Shown here: one piece after another, positions 26,425 through 32,000 of the stretch
Numbering within the stretch: the first letter of the stretch is position 1
How the letters are laid out: each line of letters opens with the position of its first letter
Assembly (NCBI RefSeq): GCF_051307035.1
Contig: NZ_CP195536.1
Span: 780,001 to 812,000, forward strand
Direction of reading: 5' to 3'
Source of the DNA: Psychrobacter sp. DM4
Lineage (GTDB): Bacteria > Pseudomonadota > Gammaproteobacteria > Pseudomonadales > Moraxellaceae
Length of the DNA stretch: 32,000 bases
Notes under the pieces: generated by a model
The model's database searches: none
The model's input: only the letters and a program-made list of their open reading frames with translations
What the model was told of the DNA's origin: nothing
Translations under genes and position numbers: made by a program

Positions 26425-27372
26425 ATGAGATTTATTTTCTTAAATCATAGAGTTATTTTAAATAAGAGTGAGCTTTATATATCAAAAGTTAACAAAGCTG
26501 ATTTGATTCAAAAAGATATAAATTATGTAGATAAAGACAATATTAAAAAAATTATAGAGAATGGAGAGTCTTTTTATAAAAATAAGTTATCTGATATTTC
26601 TTTAAACCCAGATGATAAAGATTTAGAATCTATAACTGTAAGTAAATTAGAAAGAGATGGTATTGTTGTTGTACCCAACTATTTAGATGTATCTGAGGTA
26701 GATGAGTTATGCAAACTTATTGATAATGAGTCTGAAAAATATTTATTTAAACTGGGTTCTAACAAATCTTACGAAAACAGCTCAGTAATTATTCAGAAAG
26801 GTTTAGTAGTTAAAAAAAGCTTTAATGAGCTTGTTTCCAGTGATAAACCAGTAATTAATATTAGATCTGGCGCAGATGAGGGCATGGTTGATATCTTTAA
26901 TGTCGACAGGCTAATGCTAGATAAGTCAAGTTTAGGTGTCATGGGCAAAATTATAAATGATGTATTTATAAATAATTTTTTGAGTTCACTACCACAGAAA
27001 ATGAAAATAGAAAATGTCAATTTTTATGCCAATAATGGGATAACTTCTACCAGAGGCTTCCACACAGATTCATTTTCGAAACACATAAAAATTTTTATAT
27101 ATCTTACGGACGTACTGAGCTTTGATAATGGACCTTACACCTTTATTAAAGGATCTCATCTAGATACTCCTTATCGTCGTATTAATAGACATATATCAAA
27201 AGCCTTGAAAGCAGAAACTGAATCACCAATTGTTCCTTTTGAAAATGTATACCCTGTATTAGCTCCTAAGGGCTCTTTAGTTATATCTGATCAATCTGGC
27301 TTTCACCGAGGTTTTCCACAAACAGCTAATGGTAGTAGAAGAGCCTTAGTAATCAATTGTATTTGCATATAG
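26425..27372 (+). CDS. Fe(II)/2-oxoglutarate dioxygenase, phytanoyl-CoA dioxygenase (PhyH) family
   Basis: AGGTG lies 7 nt upstream of the ATG. The motifs are GFHTDS (HxD), IFIYLTDVLSFDNGPYTFIKGSH, a distal His in SGFHRG, then SRRAL. Confidence 0.75.
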   Translation: MRFIFLNHRVILNKSELYISKVNKADLIQKDINYVDKDNIKKIIENGESFYKNKLSDISLNPDDKDLESITVSKLERDGIVVVPNYLDVSEVDELCKLIDNESEKYLFKLGSNKSYENSSVIIQKGLVVKKSFNELVSSDKPVINIRSGADEGMVDIFNVDRLMLDKSSLGVMGKIINDVFINNFLSSLPQKMKIENVNFYANNGITSTRGFHTDSFSKHIKIFIYLTDVLSFDNGPYTFIKGSHLDTPYRRINRHISKALKAETESPIVPFENVYPVLAPKGSLVISDQSGFHRGFPQTANGSRRALVINCICI

Positions 27373-27380
27373 GAATAAAA

Positions 27381-28379
27381 ATGTTAAGTAATAGCACTAT
27401 TTTGATCACTGGCGGTACAGGCTCGTTCGGTAATACCTTTGTACCAATGACATTAGCAAAATATAATCCTAAAAAAATTATTATCTTCTCACGAGATGAG
27501 ATGAAGCAATGGGAAATGGCTAAAAAGTTCGTTGGTGATGATCGTGTGCGATTCTTCATTGGTGATGTCCGTGATAAAGATCGTTTATACCGTGCACTAG
27601 ATGGTGTTGATTATGTCGTACATGCTGCAGCAACTAAAATTGTTCCTACAGCGGAATACAATCCTTTTGAATGTATTAAGACCAACATAAATGGTGCCAT
27701 GAATCTTATCGATGCCTGCATTGATAAAGGTGTAAAAGGCGTCGTTGCATTATCTACGGATAAAGCCAGCAGTCCTATCAACCTTTATGGCGCTACAAAG
27801 CTAGCTTCTGATAAGTTGTTTGTTGCGGCAAACTCTTATTCTGGAGAGCATGGTTCTAAATTCTCAGTCGTACGCTATGGCAACGTTATGGGTTCTCGTG
27901 GTTCAGTCATTCCATTTTTCATGTCTATTAAAGATAGCGGAGTATTGCCTATTACTGATGATAGAATGACGCGCTTTATGATCTCATTAGAAGACGGTGT
28001 TGACTTGGTTTGGCATGCTTTTGAAGATATGATTGGCGGTGAGATCTATGTCAAAAAAATCCCGTCAATGAAAATGACTGACTTGGCTCGCGTCGTTGCT
28101 CCAGAAGCAAAACAAGAGGTCATCGGTATCCGCCCAGGTGAGAAGCTACATGAGCAGATGATTAGTGCTGAAGATGCTTACTACACTTATGAGTATCCAG
28201 ATCATTTCAAAATCTTACCTACTATTAATGAGTGGGCAACAGACCCTGCACGAATCAAGGATGGTAAGCGGGTTCCTGAAGGGTTTGAATATGCGAGTAA
28301 TAATAATCCTGAATGGATGAGTGATGATGATCTGCAAGAGTGGATTGATATCAACCGCGATAAAATTGGGAGTATTTAA
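27381..28379 (+). CDS. pseB: UDP-N-acetylglucosamine 4,6-dehydratase (inverting), PseB
   Basis: ATG 27381 is preceded by AGGAA. It has ILITGGTGSFGN, the SDR motif LYGATKLASDK, and the full-length PseB/FlaA1 layout. It is followed by pseC, pseF and pseG. Confidence 0.92.
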   Translation: MLSNSTILITGGTGSFGNTFVPMTLAKYNPKKIIIFSRDEMKQWEMAKKFVGDDRVRFFIGDVRDKDRLYRALDGVDYVVHAAATKIVPTAEYNPFECIKTNINGAMNLIDACIDKGVKGVVALSTDKASSPINLYGATKLASDKLFVAANSYSGEHGSKFSVVRYGNVMGSRGSVIPFFMSIKDSGVLPITDDRMTRFMISLEDGVDLVWHAFEDMIGGEIYVKKIPSMKMTDLARVVAPEAKQEVIGIRPGEKLHEQMISAEDAYYTYEYPDHFKILPTINEWATDPARIKDGKRVPEGFEYASNNNPEWMSDDDLQEWIDINRDKIGSI

Positions 28380-29537
28380 ATGATTCCTTATGGCCGTCAA
28401 GATATCAGTCAGCAAGACATTGACGCTGTTATTAATGTTCTAAAATCAGACTTTCTGACTCAAGGACCTCAAGTTGGTGCTTTTGAGCAAGCAGTAATAG
28501 ATGCTTGCGGAGCCAAATATGCATCTGCGGTCAATAGTGCAACATCAGCGCTTCACATCGGTTGTCTTGCATTGGGTCTGGGAGAGGGTGATTGGCTTTG
28601 GACGACACCTAATACTTTTGTGGCATCAGCGAACTGCGGGCTGTATTGCGGGGCGAAAGTCGACTTCGTCGATATCGATCCTCAGACTTATAATATGTGT
28701 GCAAAAGAGCTTGAAGAAAAGCTAATACGCGCTGAACAGTCTGGCAAGCTCCCCAAAATAGTCGTGCCTGTACATTTTAGTGGTCAGCCTTGCGATATGG
28801 AAGCGATCCATAATTTATCGAAAAAGTACGGTTTCAAAATTATTGAAGATGCCTCTCATGCTATCGGTGGTAAATACAAAGGCGAGCCTATTGGGAATTG
28901 TCGCTATAGTGACATTACTGTATTTAGCTTTCATCCGGTCAAGATAGTGACGACCGCTGAAGGCGGAATGGCAATGACCAATAGCTCGGAGCTAGCCACA
29001 AAGCTAGAGCTACTACGTAGTCATGGCATCACTCGTGACACTAGTTTGATGACTAAGACTGCTGATGGTCCTTGGTACTATGAACAGATTAACTTAGGTC
29101 TGAATTATAGAATGACGGACTTACAAGCGGCATTAGGCGTGTCTCAGATGCAACGACTAGATAGCTTTGTTACCAAGCGTCATGAGTTAGCACAGCGTTA
29201 TAATGAGCTACTCAAAGACTTACCGGTGACTTTACCTTGGCAGCATGATGATAGCTATTCAGGTCTACATTTATATGTGATTCGCTTGCAATTGGATAAG
29301 ATCGATAAAACTCACCTTGAGGTTTTTGAAGGAATGCGCGCTGCAGGTATCTTAGTGAATTTGCACTATATTCCTGTCCATATGCAGCCTTATTATCAAG
29401 AATTAGGCTTTGAAGTCGGTCAGTTTCCTCAAGCAGAACAGTATTATAAAGAAGCCATTAGTATTCCGATGTTTCCGACAATGACTGATGAGCAGCAAAA
29501 TGAGGTCGTTGCTAAGTTAAAAGAGCTATTGATATGA
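28380..29537 (+). CDS. pseC: UDP-4-amino-4,6-dideoxy-N-acetyl-beta-L-altrosamine transaminase, PseC
   Basis: This is a DegT/DnrJ/EryC1-type aminotransferase. The N-terminus is MIPYGRQDISQQDIDAVINVLKSDFLTQGPQV and the PLP-lysine block is FSFHPVKIVTTAEGG. It starts on the nucleotide after the pseB stop. Confidence 0.92.
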   Translation: MIPYGRQDISQQDIDAVINVLKSDFLTQGPQVGAFEQAVIDACGAKYASAVNSATSALHIGCLALGLGEGDWLWTTPNTFVASANCGLYCGAKVDFVDIDPQTYNMCAKELEEKLIRAEQSGKLPKIVVPVHFSGQPCDMEAIHNLSKKYGFKIIEDASHAIGGKYKGEPIGNCRYSDITVFSFHPVKIVTTAEGGMAMTNSSELATKLELLRSHGITRDTSLMTKTADGPWYYEQINLGLNYRMTDLQAALGVSQMQRLDSFVTKRHELAQRYNELLKDLPVTLPWQHDDSYSGLHLYVIRLQLDKIDKTHLEVFEGMRAAGILVNLHYIPVHMQPYYQELGFEVGQFPQAEQYYKEAISIPMFPTMTDEQQNEVVAKLKELLI

Positions 29538-30220
29538 AAATTGCTGTCATTCCAGCGCGTGGTGGTAGTAAGCGTATACCTCGCAAGAATATCAAAGAGT
29601 TTTGCGGTAAGCCGATGATTGCATATTCTATTGAGGCTGCGCTGCAGTCTGGTTGCTTTGATAAAGTCATCGTTTCGACAGATGATACAGAGATTGCTGA
29701 AGTGGCTAGACGCTATGGCGCAGAAGTGCCGTTCATCAGACCAGCAGAGCTATCTAATGACTATGCAGGTACGATTCCTGTCGTACGTCATGCAGTTGAA
29801 TGGTGTATGCAGCAAGGTGTTGATCCACAGCTGGTATGCTGTTTATATGCTACTGCTCCTTTTGTGACGCCTAAATATCTACAACAAGGTCTTCAGCAAA
29901 TTATCGAACAAGATGCTGATTATGCTTTTACGGTCACTAGCTATGCTTTTCCTATTCAAAGAGCCATCAAGATTTCTCCGCAATTAGGAATTGAGATGTT
30001 TGATTCAAATAACTTTAATACTCGCTCACAAGATTTGGAAGAAGCTTGGCATGACGCAGGTCAGTTTTACTGGGGTAAAGCAGAGGCATGGTTATCTGAA
30101 AAAATAATCTTTGGGCCTGAGTCTACCCCAGTTATTTTGCCAAGACATCGAGTACAAGATATAGATACCTTTGAAGATTGGGATAGGGCTGAATGGTTAT
30201 TTAAGGCTATGCAAGTATGA
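29534..30220 (+). CDS. pseF: Pseudaminic acid cytidylyltransferase, PseF
   Basis: It has MKIAVIPARGGSKRIPRKNIKEFCGKPMIAYSI, VSTDDTEIAEVARRYGAEVPFIRP, and a position between pseC and pseG. It makes an ATGA overlap with pseC. Confidence 0.88.
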   Translation: MKIAVIPARGGSKRIPRKNIKEFCGKPMIAYSIEAALQSGCFDKVIVSTDDTEIAEVARRYGAEVPFIRPAELSNDYAGTIPVVRHAVEWCMQQGVDPQLVCCLYATAPFVTPKYLQQGLQQIIEQDADYAFTVTSYAFPIQRAIKISPQLGIEMFDSNNFNTRSQDLEEAWHDAGQFYWGKAEAWLSEKIIFGPESTPVILPRHRVQDIDTFEDWDRAEWLFKAMQV

Positions 30221-31320
30221 AAGCAGTCTTTCGCTGTGATGCATCAATACAAATAGGTACTGGGCATGTCATGCGTTGTCTCACCTTAGCTGATGCCTTG
30301 AGATCAGAAGGTGTAGAGAGTTATTTTATTTGTCGTGAGCATGTAGGGCATTTGCTTGAGCTTATTGCGCAGCGGGGTTATCAGTCGTACAGCTTACCTT
30401 ATACAGACCAAGCACAAGAATCAGATGAAGATGTTCTAGAACATGCCAGCTGGTTAGGTGCGACGCAAAAAGAGGATGCTAAACGCTGCGGCGAGATACT
30501 GCAAACATTACAGCCTGACTGGTTAATCGTTGATCACTATGCGCTAGATATATCTTGGGAAAGCGCTATGCGCTCATACTGTCAGAAAATTATGGTGATC
30601 GATGACTTAGCAGATCGCTATCATGATTGTGATATTTTACTTGATCAAACCTATGGTTGTGATAGAGATAATTATGCTATATGGGTTCCTGAGAACTGCT
30701 TAGTATTATGCGGTACTAATTATGCTCTGCTCCGACCAGAGTTTGCACAGTGGCGCGAGTATAGTCTTGATCGTCGCAAAACTGGTTGCTTAGACTATCT
30801 GCTTATCAATTTAGGCGGAGTCGATAAAGATAATATGACGACAGAAATACTTAAAGGACTGCAAGAGAGCACTTTGCCTGAACACTGCAAAATAACAGTA
30901 ATTATGGGTTCAACTGCCCCTTGGATCAAAAGTGTGAAAGATCAAGCAAGCCTAATGCGATGGCAAACTGAGATTAAAACTGGCGTAAGCAATATAGCCG
31001 AGATAATGTCAAATAGTGACTTAGCTATAGGTGCGGCTGGTTCTACTTCGTGGGAACGGTGCTGTTTAGGACTACCAACGATTATGCTGGTTTTAGCTGA
31101 AAACCAAAAAACTATTGCTAATTCCTTAGAGATCGTTAGTGCTGCATCTGTATTACCATTAAATTATATTAAAATAGGAAAGTTTTCGTTAGGGTTCGAT
31201 AAAGAATTAGACTCACTTTCATTAGTTACAATGAGCTTATCGGCTCGCAGTATTTGTGACGGCTTAGGTGTATATCGTGTTATTGAAGCCCTTAAACAAA
31301 GAGGTAGTAATGAATATTAG
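30217..31320 (+). CDS. pseG: UDP-2,4-diacetamido-2,4,6-trideoxy-beta-L-altropyranose hydrolase, PseG
   Basis: It has the GT-B-like N-terminus AVFRCDASIQIGTGHVMRCLTLADAL and a C-terminal GAAGSTSWERCCLGLP block typical of PseG. It makes an ATGA overlap with pseF. Confidence 0.85.
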   Translation: MKAVFRCDASIQIGTGHVMRCLTLADALRSEGVESYFICREHVGHLLELIAQRGYQSYSLPYTDQAQESDEDVLEHASWLGATQKEDAKRCGEILQTLQPDWLIVDHYALDISWESAMRSYCQKIMVIDDLADRYHDCDILLDQTYGCDRDNYAIWVPENCLVLCGTNYALLRPEFAQWREYSLDRRKTGCLDYLLINLGGVDKDNMTTEILKGLQESTLPEHCKITVIMGSTAPWIKSVKDQASLMRWQTEIKTGVSNIAEIMSNSDLAIGAAGSTSWERCCLGLPTIMLVLAENQKTIANSLEIVSAASVLPLNYIKIGKFSLGFDKELDSLSLVTMSLSARSICDGLGVYRVIEALKQRGSNEY

Positions 31321-31954
31321 TTTTCTATGCAGCGACCAATTTCATCCTGTAAATGAATACATTAATAAATGGATAGAACAGCACTTTAGTGAACATCATA
31401 TTGAGCTTGTTAGTAGTAAAAGCGAACTATCTGGTGGTGATTTACTATTTTTGATCTCTTGTTCAGAAATAATAAATAGTGAAGATCGGAGTTCTTATAA
31501 AGCATGCTTAGTAATACATGCAAGTGATTTACCATTGGGTAGAGGTTGGAGTCCTCATATTTGGCAGATCTTAGAAGGTAAGAATGATATTACTATTAGT
31601 TTGTTAGAGGCTGAAGATAAAGTTGATAGCGGTCGTATTTGGAAGAAGCTAAACTTGAAAATATCGAGACATGCGCTTTGGAATGAAATAAATGAAAAGT
31701 TATTTGAAAAAGAGATAGAGCTGATTGATTTTGCCGTAAGTAATTTTGATAGTGTAATACCAGAACCACAAGACTTTAATCTGAAACCTACCTATTATCC
31801 TAAAAGGACACCAGCTGATAGCAAAATTGATGCGCTTAAAAGTATAGCTAGTCAATTTGACAGTATTAGAGTTTGCGACCCACATAGATTCCCTGCATTT
31901 TTTGAAATGGAAGGAAAAAAATATAAGATTATTTTGGAGAGAATTAATGACTAG
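31310..31954 (+). CDS. Formyltransferase-fold protein (Fmt/PurN N-domain-like) in the position usually held by pseH
   Basis: From ATG 31310 (MNISFLCSD..), the block LVIHASDLPLGRGWSPHIWQILEG...LLEAEDKVDSGRIW matches the H.SLLP..RG ... D.G formyltransferase core. It overlaps the pseG end by 11 nt and the next gene by 8 nt. Confidence 0.72.
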   Translation: MNISFLCSDQFHPVNEYINKWIEQHFSEHHIELVSSKSELSGGDLLFLISCSEIINSEDRSSYKACLVIHASDLPLGRGWSPHIWQILEGKNDITISLLEAEDKVDSGRIWKKLNLKISRHALWNEINEKLFEKEIELIDFAVSNFDSVIPEPQDFNLKPTYYPKRTPADSKIDALKSIASQFDSIRVCDPHRFPAFFEMEGKKYKIILERIND

Positions 31955-32000
31955 TTTTATTAATATTGATGGTCGTAAAATTGGTAGTGAGTTTGCACCA
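31947..32000 (+). CDS. pseI: Probable pseudaminic acid synthase (NeuB family), first 18 codons only
   Basis: MTSFINIDGRKIGSEFAP resembles NeuB/PseI N-termini (I.I.GR.IG....P then FIIAE), and the position at the end of the pse gene set fits. With only 54 nt visible, the call is weak. Confidence 0.45.
   Translation, partial: MTSFINIDGRKIGSEFAP

Noticed and set aside
27357-27380. A TTG extension of pseB, with similar track extensions at 31268-31309 (formyltransferase-like gene) and 22042-22050 (aldolase gene).
   Set aside because: Downstream ATGs with better ribosome-binding-site spacing give N-termini that match the respective families.
1-32000. A search by eye for tRNA/rRNA genes, CRISPR repeat-spacer arrays, IS elements with transposases, integrases, and toxin-antitoxin or defence-system signatures.
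   Set aside because: None was found. No regularly spaced direct repeats, no cloverleaf-like GC-rich intergenic segments and no DDE or tyrosine-recombinase motifs appear in any long ORF. A computational scan (tRNAscan-SE, Infernal, ISfinder, DefenseFinder) should confirm this.

Overview
This looks like a chromosomal window from a moderately AT-rich gammaproteobacterium. The proteins look Moraxellaceae/Psychrobacter-like to me, but that is unverified. All calls rest on motif recognition by eye; no searches were run.

Left part (1-13.6 kb):
- two tandem OmpA-domain paralogues
- an unassigned 393-aa membrane protein
- lysO
- a compact NAD de novo cluster: nadA-nadB on the minus strand, a divergent Nudix-type regulator (nadQ/nrtR-like), then nadC. 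Near-identical 21-bp palindromes sit in front of both nad transcription units.
- a MarC-family protein and a LysE/ArgO-family exporter
- three tandem paralogous genes of unknown function
- rluB

Right part (14.0-32.0 kb) is one plus-strand gene train with several ATGA start/stop overlaps, forming a capsule or surface-polysaccharide locus:
- wza-wzb-wzc
- tviB/tviC-like UDP-GlcNAc 6-dehydrogenase and C4-epimerase
- an MsbA/PglK-type ABC half-transporter
- a DRE-TIM (HMGL-like) aldolase with an extra C-terminal domain
- a second CMP-sugar-synthetase-type cytidylyltransferase
- a HAD phosphatase
- a very AT-rich pair: an orphan 405-aa protein and a PhyH-type Fe/2OG dioxygenase
- pseB-pseC-pseF-pseG, a formyltransferase-fold gene in the pseH slot, and the first codons of a pseI-like gene

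I saw no rRNA, tRNA, CRISPR, transposase or integrase.

The best candidate for something undescribed is the 22.0-27.4 kb block. Its aldolase-fusion / cytidylyltransferase / HAD triad, with the AT-rich transferase-like and dioxygenase genes, suggests a second, non-canonical CMP-activated sugar pathway next to the pseudaminic acid genes. Secondary candidates are the three-paralogue array at 10.4-12.5 kb and the NadQ-type operator pair.
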